This document shows positions 20,379 through 29,267 of a DNA stretch of 64,000 nucleotides, one piece after another. The DNA lies in contig CAZEJJ010000001.1 in NCBI GenBank assembly GCA_964512185.1, positions 40,704 through 104,703 of the forward strand, read 5' to 3'. Position 1 is the stretch's first letter; each line of letters begins with the position of its first letter. The stretch comes from an uncultured Enterobacterales bacterium. GTDB lineage: Bacteria; Myxococcota_A; UBA796; JAFGLY01. The notes under the pieces were generated by a model, which was not told the DNA's origin, made no database searches, and worked only from the letters and a program-made list of their open reading frames with translations. Position numbers and translations under genes: made by a program.

Positions 20379-21689
20379 ATGCACCGAACCCTCTGTCTCG
20401 TCGCCCTGCTCTGTGCGGCCTCCACCCTGACCGCGTGCGGCGCACGGATCCGGACCCTGTACGAGCAGTCGCGCGAAGAGGCGCTGGCTGATCCGGGCGC
20501 AGCTGGTCCGGGCTGGACGCCCGACGCACGCCTGGGCATCTCCTGGGACCTGGTCACCGCCCTGGCGGCCCACGAGCTGCGCCGGCAGCTGGAGGATCCC
20601 GACGCGGAGCTCGAGCTGAGCCTGCCCCTGGGAGCCAGCGCGTCCGTGAAGCCCGATCTGGAGCTGCAGGACACCAGCGTGGCCGCCGCCAAGGCCTGCG
20701 ACACCTGCCTGCGCGTCAAGTCGAGCTTCGCAGGCGACCTGGAGTGGTCCCTGGGAGGCCTCAGGGGCCAGGTCCCCGTGAAGGTGCAGGTCTCGGCGGT
20801 GCTCGAGCTGCTCACCCGCGAGCAGGGTGACACCACCCACGTGGAGGCCAGCCTGCGGCAGGCCACGGTGCGCCTGCCCGACGCTCCGGAGGTGGAGCGC
20901 CTGCGGATAGCGCTGGACGATCCGCTGGCGGAGTGGATCAAGGAGCGCGTCGAGGCGGACTTCCCCCCCATCCCCCTGGCCGAGCTGGGCACCGGCGACA
21001 TGCCCGTGCGCGCCGTGCGGCTGGAGAGCTCCGACGGCCACGTGCTGGTGCACGCGCTCAGCACCTCGCCGGTGCAGAGCCCGGGCCTGCAGCTGGGCGG
21101 TGGCAGCGGAGACTGGTTCGTCTGCGTAGACCAGGCTGCGCTGCTGGGCCTGGCCCGCCGCGCCTCCTTCGAAGCGGGCGAGCTCGAGTACCAGGTCTAT
21201 GCCGACCCCCGCAGCCTCAGCGTGCAGGACCAGGAGTTCACCATGGGGCTGCGCCTGTGGCGGCTGGCGGGCGTCAGCTGGTGGAGGGACTACCAGGTGA
21301 GCGGCACCCTGGGCCTGTCCGGCCAGCGGGTAGAGCTGGAGGCCACGGAGGTGCTCGAGGTGGACCACAGCCGCGGCGCTGGCCTGGTGGATCCCCTCGC
21401 CCTGCTGGGTCGCGGCGTCATCCTCAGCGCCATCGAAGACGCGCTGCACATCGCCCGGCCGGCCCAGCTCGAGGGACGCCTGGCAGGCGCCACCCTGCTC
21501 ATGAACATCGACGCCGCCGCGGGTCAGGACGGCGCTCTGCTGGCCAGCGGCTCCTGGTCCCTGGAGGAGCGCGGCAGCGGCGAGCAGCGCAGCGGCAGCG
21601 GCCGCTCCCGCAAAGGCAAGGGCAGAAAGCAGAAAAAGACGGCAGGCTCTCAGGCCGCAGCGGGTGCCGACATCCCCCGCTCGCGCTAG
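20379..21689 (+). CDS. Lipoprotein of unknown function with basic C-terminal tail
   Basis: The ATG at 20379 lies 8 nt after a strong AAGGAGG. Lipobox STLTAC. The tail is RSGSGRSRKGKGRKQKK. The upstream 180 aa of the track ORF are antisense to the HEAT gene. Confidence 0.6.
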   Translation: MHRTLCLVALLCAASTLTACGARIRTLYEQSREEALADPGAAGPGWTPDARLGISWDLVTALAAHELRRQLEDPDAELELSLPLGASASVKPDLELQDTSVAAAKACDTCLRVKSSFAGDLEWSLGGLRGQVPVKVQVSAVLELLTREQGDTTHVEASLRQATVRLPDAPEVERLRIALDDPLAEWIKERVEADFPPIPLAELGTGDMPVRAVRLESSDGHVLVHALSTSPVQSPGLQLGGGSGDWFVCVDQAALLGLARRASFEAGELEYQVYADPRSLSVQDQEFTMGLRLWRLAGVSWWRDYQVSGTLGLSGQRVELEATEVLEVDHSRGAGLVDPLALLGRGVILSAIEDALHIARPAQLEGRLAGATLLMNIDAAAGQDGALLASGSWSLEERGSGEQRSGSGRSRKGKGRKQKKTAGSQAAAGADIPRSR

Positions 21690-21731
21690 GATTCTCCAGC
21701 AGCCCTCACACCCCGCCATCCCAGCACCCAC

Positions 21732-23324
21732 ATGACCCGCAAATCCGCCCTCATTCGCCGCCTGCTGTTCTCGGTCGCCATGTTCGTCATTGTGCTGGGC
21801 ACGGCGGAGCTGGCGGCCAGGTTCCTGGGCACCGCAGCCATCGAGCTGGCCAGCAGCCCGCTCCCTCTAGCCGAGGAGGGCGCCCCCAACCTGCTGGGCA
21901 ATCCCTACCTGCTCTGGGAGATGTCACCCGGCCTCCGGCAGGAGATGGAGATCGACGTCCACATCAACCGCTATGGCCTGCGGGGGACGGAATGGGAGCT
22001 TGACAAACCCGAGGGCATCCGTCGGGTCATGGCGGTGGGCGACAGCAGCGTCTATGGCTTCGGAGTCCACGACGACCAGGTCTTCACCGCCTTCCTCGAC
22101 CAGGCGCTGGGCGACAAGGTGCAGGTGCTCAACTCTGCGGTGCCCGGGTACTCCACCTACCAGATCATCAACCTGCTGGAGATCCGCTCGCTGGCCTTCC
22201 AGCCCGATCTGCTCATCGTGGCCTCGCTGTGGTCTGACAACAACTTCGACAGCTTCGTCGACAGCGACATGCTGGCCGCCTACAGCAGCTTCCGCAACCG
22301 GTCCTCGCGCGGCGTCAAGGAGCGCCTCAAGGCCTCGTCCCTGTTCACGGTCCTGGACTACAAGCTGCGGGTGGTCCGCAAGTTCCCAGAAGAGAGGCGA
22401 GTGGGCTGGATGGTGGGCCGAGGCGAGAAGATCGGCAAGCGCCGGGTGCCTATCAACGAGTATGCCCGCAACCTCGAGACCATGGCCGAGCTCGCCCACG
22501 GCGTCGGCTGCGAGCTGCTCTTCGTGATCCTCCCCAACTCCGAAGATATGCTCTCCACCTACGAGCAGGGAGCCGCCTGGGACCCCTACCGCGAGGTCAT
22601 GGCCGACTCCGCCCGCCGTCACGGCGCCCCCCTGCTGGACATGCCGGAGCTGTTCCGCGCCAGCCGCCGGGCCCAGGACGAGCTCTTTCTGGACGAGATG
22701 CATCCCACCGCCCTGGGGCATCGCATGATCGCCGACGCCATCCACCAGCGGCTCGTCGCCGATGGCTGGATGTCCGGTGTCCCGCTCGAGAGAGACCCTG
22801 TCCCCAGCGCCATCCCCACCTGGACCGATCCCTTCTCGGAGGGCGAGCACTCCGCCCCCGACCAGCCGGCCCCCGACCCCTCCACCCTGGCCGCCCAGCC
22901 CAAGCCCGAAGAAGCCCCCCGCGTCTCCATCGCCGGCCAGGTCGTGGCGCCAGACTTCCCCCAGTCCCCCATCCAGCTGGACATCATCACCCAGGCCGGC
23001 AGCACCCATCGCATCCTGGGCACCCACCGCCTGCCCACGCCGGGGCCCTTCGAGCTGCAGGTGGAGGGCACCCCCACCAGCGTGGCGTTCATCATCTACG
23101 TCGACGAAAACGGAGACGGACCGGGCCCGGGCGACACCCGCATCGACCTCACCAGCTCCCCAATCCCGGTCCCCGAAGCCGGTGAGCTGACCGACGTGGT
23201 GCTCGACCTGAGCCAGGGCTCGGCGGTGCGCACCTTCGCCGCCGACGAGCAGCCACCGGCCGGCGGCACGGGCCCCGCCCCCGACGCCATCCCCAGGGAA
23301 GCCACCTCCGAAAAGGGCTCCTGA
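21732..23324 (+). CDS. SGNH/GDSL-family hydrolase with N-terminal membrane anchor and C-terminal beta-sandwich region
   Basis: 530 aa. Block I VMAVGDSSVYG, block III GYST, block V DEMHPT. Confidence 0.75.
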   Translation: MTRKSALIRRLLFSVAMFVIVLGTAELAARFLGTAAIELASSPLPLAEEGAPNLLGNPYLLWEMSPGLRQEMEIDVHINRYGLRGTEWELDKPEGIRRVMAVGDSSVYGFGVHDDQVFTAFLDQALGDKVQVLNSAVPGYSTYQIINLLEIRSLAFQPDLLIVASLWSDNNFDSFVDSDMLAAYSSFRNRSSRGVKERLKASSLFTVLDYKLRVVRKFPEERRVGWMVGRGEKIGKRRVPINEYARNLETMAELAHGVGCELLFVILPNSEDMLSTYEQGAAWDPYREVMADSARRHGAPLLDMPELFRASRRAQDELFLDEMHPTALGHRMIADAIHQRLVADGWMSGVPLERDPVPSAIPTWTDPFSEGEHSAPDQPAPDPSTLAAQPKPEEAPRVSIAGQVVAPDFPQSPIQLDIITQAGSTHRILGTHRLPTPGPFELQVEGTPTSVAFIIYVDENGDGPGPGDTRIDLTSSPIPVPEAGELTDVVLDLSQGSAVRTFAADEQPPAGGTGPAPDAIPREATSEKGS

Positions 23325-23336
23325 GCCCCCAGAGAT

Positions 23337-24026
23337 TCAGCGTCGCTGGTTGACCAGCAGCGCCACGTTCCGCTGCAGCACCAGGAAGGCGATCAGCATC
23401 AGGAACCACCAGTGGGACAGGACCGCCGCGACGCCCACGCCCAGGGCCATGGCGACGGAGAGCACCGCCACCACCCTCGCGGCCTTGGAGGGCAGGATCC
23501 CCAGCAGCACCAGCAGGTACTCCACCAGCTTGCCACCATCGAGGGGGGACATGGGGAGCAGGTTGAACAGGCTCCAGAAGAAGTTGACCATCACCAGCAT
23601 CTCGAGCAGCTCCACCAACAGCGCCAGCGGACCACCGTCCAGGCTGGCTCCACCGAGGCCCAGCGCGATGGTGAGCGCGAGCACGATGCCCAGGGAGGCC
23701 GCTCCCAGCAGCAGGCCGGCAGCTGGACCCGCCGCGGTGACCAGCAACCCCCGCCCGGCGGTGGGTGCGCGCCGGTACGAGGTGAGCCCGCCGAAGCCGT
23801 GCAGCACCACGCGCACCGGCCCCAGCTTGAAGTAGCGGGCCAGCAGGGCGTGCCCGAGCTCGTGGGCCAGCACCGAACCGAAGAGGACGACCGCCCAGAG
23901 GGCGCCGCGCAGCAGGGAGCCCGGACCCCCTGAGGCGTTGCTCAGCAGGATGAAGCCCAGCACGAACCAGGCCATGGGATGCACCACGACGGGGAATCGC
24001 AGCAGTCGGAACTCCAGGTTCTTCAT
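23337..24026 (-). CDS. M50-family site-2 metalloprotease (small form, no PDZ)
   Basis: Starts at ATG 24026 (MKNLEFRLLRF...). HExxH motif AHELGHAL, second motif NLLPMSPLDGG, multiple TM helices. Confidence 0.8.
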   Translation of the reverse strand: MKNLEFRLLRFPVVVHPMAWFVLGFILLSNASGGPGSLLRGALWAVVLFGSVLAHELGHALLARYFKLGPVRVVLHGFGGLTSYRRAPTAGRGLLVTAAGPAAGLLLGAASLGIVLALTIALGLGGASLDGGPLALLVELLEMLVMVNFFWSLFNLLPMSPLDGGKLVEYLLVLLGILPSKAARVVAVLSVAMALGVGVAAVLSHWWFLMLIAFLVLQRNVALLVNQRR

Positions 24027-24592
24027 CGTCGTCCTCTCCGGGCTCTGTTCGCCTCGGGCTGCTCGGCCTCGGGCTCCTCCTGTTCGGGAACCTCGGGCGG
24101 CGTGTCGTCGGGCATCTCCAGCCAGCCGAAGGCCACCAACCAGCCCAGGACACCCAGCGCGAAGATGATCACGCTGACACCCGCGGCAAGGTTCAGCTTC
24201 CTGTTCACCCTCCCGAGCCTGGCGAGCAGCTCCTCGATTCGATCCTCCAGCAGCTGCTGCACCTGGCGTCGCTCGCGGATGTGGAGCTCCAGCGCCTCCA
24301 GCGGGTCTTCGCGGATGGGGAGGCCGGGGATGGACGCGAGCAGCCCCTCGAGCGTGCGCCGAGGGGGAGCCGGCAGATCCATCACCAGGCCGAGGAAGGC
24401 GCTCTGCAGCGGGTGATCCTCCCAGCGGTCCGCCGCGTCGGCCAGGGCTCGCGCCGCTCCGTCCAGGGCGTGAGCATCGGCGCCATCCTGCAACATGCAC
24501 AGCAGGCTGTAGGCCGCGTCGTGGATCTCGAGGGTGCCTGGATGATCGCGGTGATCCTCCAGCCGGCCCACCAGGGCCTCCAGCAGGGCCAT
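24023..24592 (-). CDS. Single-pass membrane protein of unknown function, translationally coupled to the M50 protease
   Basis: 189 aa. Helical cytoplasmic N-domain, TM helix AAGVSVIIFALGVLGWLVAFGWL, acidic tail. ATGA overlap at 24023-24026. Confidence 0.55.
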   Translation of the reverse strand: MALLEALVGRLEDHRDHPGTLEIHDAAYSLLCMLQDGADAHALDGAARALADAADRWEDHPLQSAFLGLVMDLPAPPRRTLEGLLASIPGLPIREDPLEALELHIRERRQVQQLLEDRIEELLARLGRVNRKLNLAAGVSVIIFALGVLGWLVAFGWLEMPDDTPPEVPEQEEPEAEQPEANRARRGRR

Positions 24593-24717
24593 GGGCAGCT
24601 CGATGGCCTCTTCGGCGTCGGCAGCCGCAGCGCCTCCCGGTTCGTCTGGCGTCAGTGTTCCTCCAGGGGACCGCGGCAGCGGCTGGTTGCGAACGTAATG
24701 GACGCGGGCGAGCGGGG

Positions 24718-24746
24718 TTGACAGCGTGGCCCGTCAAGACTATCTA
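24718..24746 (+). promoter_or_regulatory. Sigma-70-like promoter for the small basic protein gene
   Basis: TTGACA (24718-24723), a 17-nt spacer, then TATCTA (24741-24746), about 65 nt upstream of the ATG at 24812. Near-consensus hexamers are rare in this GC-rich window. Confidence 0.5.
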
Positions 24747-24811
24747 TCGGCGCCGCTCGACCCTCGCCTTTTCTGGGGGTCCGTCGCCAGCGAACCTACT
24801 CGGAGTCCGCC

Positions 24812-25003
24812 ATGGCTTCCAATACCAAGGTCACCAAGCACCGCCGCGCGCTGCGCCAGGCCAAGGCAGGTCGCAAGGCCAAGAACCGCCGCGCCAGGCA
24901 TGGCACCACGCCGGTCTTCCCCATCCACACGCCAGAAGCCGACGCCAATGCGCCCGACCAGGTGTCTCCTCGCGCCCAGCAGGACGACAGCCAGGACGGC
25001 TAG
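24812..25003 (+). CDS. Small highly basic protein (63 aa), unknown function
   Basis: Sequence MASNTKVTKHRRALRQAKAGRKAKNRRARHG... with about a dozen K/R in the first ~30 residues. GC3-biased codons, GGAG 6 nt upstream of the ATG, and its own near-consensus promoter. Confidence 0.45.
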   Translation: MASNTKVTKHRRALRQAKAGRKAKNRRARHGTTPVFPIHTPEADANAPDQVSPRAQQDDSQDG

Positions 25004-26040
25004 CGCAGCTCCGCAGCCACGCGGCTGAGCAGCGCCTCGAGCACCAGACGGGGCGAGACGTTCAGCCGCAGGCGCTGTCTGGCTTGCTCCAGGGCCAGCT
25101 CGATGCGCTGGAAGCCTGTGGGCCAGAGGCGCTCGGCCCAGCTGCGCGCCATCTCCAGCTGATCCGGATCCAGCACGAGCTCGTCGCGCCCGCTGGCGCA
25201 GCAGGTGGCATCTCGCAGCAGCAGCTCCAGCAGCTCCAGGCAGAGCTCCAGGCGCGGCTCCCAGTCGACGCGCTTGCCCGTCGCGCTGCGCTCGGCGTAC
25301 CCCAGCAGCTCGGCGGGCCCGCCTGCGAGGGCGGTCAGGAGCTCTCCTCGCGCAGCCTGGAGGGCCACCAGGCGGCCGTCGCCCAGCCGCAGCGCCGCTC
25401 CGGGTGAGCCCAGCGCCAACCGCGCCAGCCGTTCCGGATCAGCGAGCCCACGGGCGGCGAGCCACGGCGCGAGCTCGTCCAGAGCTACGGCGCGGAAGCG
25501 CACGCGCAGCGAGCGGGAGATGACCGTGGGCAGCAGGCTGGCCACCCGCGACGTGACCAGCACGAAGCCCGTGCCCAGGGGCGGCTCCTCAAGGGACTTG
25601 AGCAGCGCGTTGGTGGCCTCCACCCGCAGCAGCTCGGCGGGATCCACGATGACGAACCTGCGCCGCGCGCTGTGCCGATGCAGCGAGAGGCGACGGATGA
25701 CGTCGCGCACCTGGTCCACCGTGATGGTGCCCGAGGCCTTCTTGGGATCCGGGACCAGCTCGATGACGTCCGGATGGCGACCGGCGCCGATGCTGCGACA
25801 GCTGGGACAGCGCGTGCAGGGTGGACGCGCGCCCGGCTCCGCCGCAGCTTCGCAGTTGGCGGCCATGGCCAGGCGCAGGGCGACGGTAGCCTTGCCCACG
25901 CCCAGCGGCCCCTCGAACAGGTAGCAGTGGTGCAGCCGCTCGGCCTGGAGCGCGGCCCAGAGGCCCTGGCAGGCCTGATCCTGGCCCAGGATGTCCTGGT
26001 AGCCGGGGGCGATGGCGGGGCGTCGTGGCTGCTGATCCAT
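25000..26040 (-). CDS. holB: DNA polymerase III delta-prime subunit
   Basis: 346 aa. Motifs HCYLFEGPLGVGK, Zn module CTRCPSCRS, HPDV, SLEEPP, and SRS (arginine-finger type). Confidence 0.85.
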   Translation of the reverse strand: MDQQPRRPAIAPGYQDILGQDQACQGLWAALQAERLHHCYLFEGPLGVGKATVALRLAMAANCEAAAEPGARPPCTRCPSCRSIGAGRHPDVIELVPDPKKASGTITVDQVRDVIRRLSLHRHSARRRFVIVDPAELLRVEATNALLKSLEEPPLGTGFVLVTSRVASLLPTVISRSLRVRFRAVALDELAPWLAARGLADPERLARLALGSPGAALRLGDGRLVALQAARGELLTALAGGPAELLGYAERSATGKRVDWEPRLELCLELLELLLRDATCCASGRDELVLDPDQLEMARSWAERLWPTGFQRIELALEQARQRLRLNVSPRLVLEALLSRVAAELR

Positions 26041-26052
26041 GCGGTGCTCCCT

Positions 26053-27303
26053 CTATAGGGGCAACCCCAGACGCTCCATGCGGGCGCGCAGGGTATTGCG
26101 GCTGATGCCCAGCAGGGCCGCGGCCGCCTTGCGGTTGCCGCCGGTGCGGGCGAGCACGGCGCGCAGCAGAGGCCGCTCGGATCCCGCCAGCACCAGCTTG
26201 TACAGCGTGAGATCGCCGCCCGGCTCGTACAGATCCACCACCCGCCGGATGGGGCTCTCCACCAGGTCTTCGTAGGCCGATGCGGCGCCCACCGCCGCTG
26301 CATCGGCCCTGGGATCCACCAGGGCCCGCACCGCTGGGGGGAGGTGCCGGGGCAGGATCAGGGCGCGGTCCACCGAGCTCAACATGGAGGCCACGAAGGT
26401 CTCCAGCTCCCTGGCGTTCCTGGGCCAGGTGTGCGCGTGCACGAGGGCCCAGGTGGCCTTGCCCAGTCGACGCCGGGGCAGCCCGAGGGCCTTGCGATGC
26501 AGATCCACGTAGTGGAGCGTGAGGCCATGCAGATCTTCGGGGCGCTCGCGCAGAGGCCGGAGCCGCAGCTGCGCCCAGTGCCCGAAGCCCGTGGGCAGCG
26601 GGTCGCGCGTGGCGGCCACCACGCGCCAGCCATGTCGGGCGGTCCGGCCGCACACCTCCAGCACCCGGTCCTGGGACCAGCCGCTGTGCAAGGGAAGGTA
26701 GAGTGTGCCGCGCGTCGCGCCCGCCTCGCCCTCGCCGCTGGCGGCCGCGTCCCCCTGCAGGATGCCCGTGGAGCCCGGCGCCTTGAGGGGGATGAAGGCC
26801 CCTCCGCCCCCCAGCCTGTGCAGTGCCTGGGCCACGCGCATCTTCTCGGTGCCGCGCTCACCTTCGAGGCAGACGGGGATGGGCGAGCGGGCGAGGTTGG
26901 CCAACACCTGCAGGGGCCGGCTGCCCACACCCAGCAGCTTGAGCAGCCGGATCTCATCCCGGGGGATCGTGCGGATCACCCGACGCCCCAGGCTGCGCAG
27001 CAGGGCGGTGGCGCGCCCGGGCATGGCCTCGAGGGGCGGAAGCTCCCCGGCGGCCACCAGCACCCGAGGCTCGTGGGGGAGGCTGCGAGCCAGGCCAAGG
27101 AGCAGATCCGCGTCGTCGCGCCCACCCCTGAGCTGCCGCGTGCGCGCGTCGACCAGCACGAGCCGGGTGATGGGCTGGGTGAGCAACTCCACCAGGCGGC
27201 TCCAGGTTGACGCGAACACCACGGCGTAGCCCCCTTCGAGCAAGGGGGTGGCCAGCTCCTCGCGGAGGGCCTGGTCGGCCGTGGCGATCACGATCTGGGC
27301 CAT
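26053..27303 (-). CDS. NtrC-like regulator with degenerate AAA+ core (receiver-like N-terminus, Fis-type HTH C-terminus)
   Basis: 416 aa. GERGTEKM replaces the Walker A GESGTGKE, GTLYLPLH replaces the Walker B GTLFLDEI, and there is no GAFTGA loop. Retains RNARELE and the C-terminal GGNRKAAAALLGISRNTLRARMERLGL. Confidence 0.75.
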   Translation of the reverse strand: MAQIVIATADQALREELATPLLEGGYAVVFASTWSRLVELLTQPITRLVLVDARTRQLRGGRDDADLLLGLARSLPHEPRVLVAAGELPPLEAMPGRATALLRSLGRRVIRTIPRDEIRLLKLLGVGSRPLQVLANLARSPIPVCLEGERGTEKMRVAQALHRLGGGGAFIPLKAPGSTGILQGDAAASGEGEAGATRGTLYLPLHSGWSQDRVLEVCGRTARHGWRVVAATRDPLPTGFGHWAQLRLRPLRERPEDLHGLTLHYVDLHRKALGLPRRRLGKATWALVHAHTWPRNARELETFVASMLSSVDRALILPRHLPPAVRALVDPRADAAAVGAASAYEDLVESPIRRVVDLYEPGGDLTLYKLVLAGSERPLLRAVLARTGGNRKAAAALLGISRNTLRARMERLGLPL

Positions 27304-27411
27304 GGCAGCCTCGTCAGCCCCGGGCTGGCCGCAGCGGCGGCTGCCGCTCTCGCTCGGCCGGGTCGACGATGCTATCTTCGCGCCACTCCCACGTCACTGG
27401 CAGGTCACGCG

Positions 27412-29250
27412 GTGCCACCATCCCTCGCCATCCTCTCCACCCTGCTGCTCGCCTGCTGCGCCGCCCATGCGGGGCGGAACGCCCAGGCGGAGTCTGGCAG
27501 CTCCACCTGGGAGGAGCCCGCCCTCGACCCCGGTGAGGGCTCCCTGTGGGACAACATCGAGGACGCGCTGGGGGGCCAGGCGCCCCCCGAAGAGGTGGTC
27601 CAGGCCAGCGGCGAGCTGGCCGCAGAGCGCGACGCAGAGCTGGACTTCCTGGAGACCACGGAGAGCCGCAGCCTGGAGCTGGCGCGCTCCTGGTACGGCG
27701 ATCCCCACGCCTTCCTCACCGCAGATCCACTCTACCTCGACCGGGTGGACGCCCAGGAGTTCGACCTGCCCATCGTCCTCAACGAGCAGGTGGAGCTCTG
27801 GCTGCGCTACTTCCTGGGCAGCGGGCGCCGCTACTACGCCCGCTGGCTGGCGCGCAGCACTCGCTACCGACCCATGATCGAGGCGGGCCTGGCCGAACGC
27901 GGGATGCCAGCCGACATCTTCTACCTGGCCATGATCGAGAGCGGCTTCAGCCCCAACGCCTACAGCAAGGCCGCCGCGGTGGGGCTCTGGCAGTTCATCT
28001 CCTCCACCGGTCGCGCCTACGATCTCAGGGTGGAGTGGTGGCTGGACGAGCGCCGAGACCCCGAGAAGGCGACCGACGCCGCGCTGGACCACCTGCAGGA
28101 CCTGCACGAGATCTTCGGCGACTGGTACCTCGCCGCCGCTGCCTACAACGCTGGCGCGGGGCGGGTGCGAGGGGCTCTTCGCAAGACCGGGGCCAGCGAC
28201 TACTGGGGGGCCGCACAGCCCGGCGCCCTGGCCCGGGAGACCCGCAACTACGTGCCCAAGCTGATCGCCGCGGCCATCATCGGCCACCACCCCGAGCGCT
28301 ATGGGTTCACGGCCATCGACTACGCCGACGAGCTGGCCTACGACACCGTCCCGGCCCCCCACAGCAGCTCGATGGAGGCCATGGCCGCCTGCGCGGATCT
28401 CTCGGAGGTCGACTTCCAGGCCCTCAACCCCGCGCTGCGTCGCTGGGCCCTCCCGCCCGAGCCGGTGAGCTACCCCGTGCACGTCCCGCCGGGCAGAGCC
28501 GACGAGGCTGCGGCCTGCTTCGCGGCCATCCCACCGTCGGAGCGCGTCACCTTCCAGCGGCACACCGTGGCCCGGGGAGAGAGCCTCGGCTCCATCGCCA
28601 GGCGCTACAGCGTCTCCGTGGGCGAGATCGCGCGGATGAACAAGATCCGCAACCGCAACCGCATCTACGTCGGCACCGAGCTGGTCATCCCGGTCCCGGG
28701 GCTGCCGCCCAGCGCGGGGGCGCCGGGCTCCGACGCCCCCTCAGCTGGCTCCGGCCAGGCGAGCTCAGGCGGCACCGGGGGCGCGGTCACCTGGCACACC
28801 GTGCGCTCCGGGGAGAACCTGGCAAGCATCGCCCGGCGCTACAAGGTGCGCACCGACGACCTCATGGCCTGGAACGACATCAAGGATGCCGACCTCATCA
28901 AGGCCGGGCGGCGGCTGCGGGTGCAGGGCGGGGCCTCCCCGGTCGCCACCACGCTGCAGTACGCCGTGCGCAGCGGCGACACCCTGTCCAGCATCGCCGC
29001 CAGCTTCGGGGTCAGCGTCGCCGACCTGCAGCGCTGGAACGGTATCCGCGACGCATCGCGCATCCACGTGGGCCAGCGCCTCACCGTGCACAGTGACGCC
29101 GCCGAGTGGACCCTGTACATCGTCAAGGGTGGCGACACCCTGGGCGCCATCGCCGAGCACCACGGCTGCACCGTGGCCGAGCTGAAGAGCTGGAACACCC
29201 TCTCATCCAACACCATCCACCCTGGTCAGCAGCTCCGCATGCAGCGCTGA
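27412..29250 (+). CDS. Membrane-bound lytic murein transglycosylase (SLT domain) with tandem LysM domains, MltD-like
   Basis: 612 aa, GTG start, lipobox LLLACC. SLT motifs AMIESGFSPNAYSKAAAVGLWQF and AAYNAG. At least three LysM repeats (HTVARGESLGSIARRY..., HTVRSGENLASIARRY..., YAVRSGDTLSSIAASF..., YIVKGGDTLGAIAEHH...). Confidence 0.88.
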   Translation: MPPSLAILSTLLLACCAAHAGRNAQAESGSSTWEEPALDPGEGSLWDNIEDALGGQAPPEEVVQASGELAAERDAELDFLETTESRSLELARSWYGDPHAFLTADPLYLDRVDAQEFDLPIVLNEQVELWLRYFLGSGRRYYARWLARSTRYRPMIEAGLAERGMPADIFYLAMIESGFSPNAYSKAAAVGLWQFISSTGRAYDLRVEWWLDERRDPEKATDAALDHLQDLHEIFGDWYLAAAAYNAGAGRVRGALRKTGASDYWGAAQPGALARETRNYVPKLIAAAIIGHHPERYGFTAIDYADELAYDTVPAPHSSSMEAMAACADLSEVDFQALNPALRRWALPPEPVSYPVHVPPGRADEAAACFAAIPPSERVTFQRHTVARGESLGSIARRYSVSVGEIARMNKIRNRNRIYVGTELVIPVPGLPPSAGAPGSDAPSAGSGQASSGGTGGAVTWHTVRSGENLASIARRYKVRTDDLMAWNDIKDADLIKAGRRLRVQGGASPVATTLQYAVRSGDTLSSIAASFGVSVADLQRWNGIRDASRIHVGQRLTVHSDAAEWTLYIVKGGDTLGAIAEHHGCTVAELKSWNTLSSNTIHPGQQLRMQR

Positions 29251-29267
29251 GCCCACCGGAATCCACC

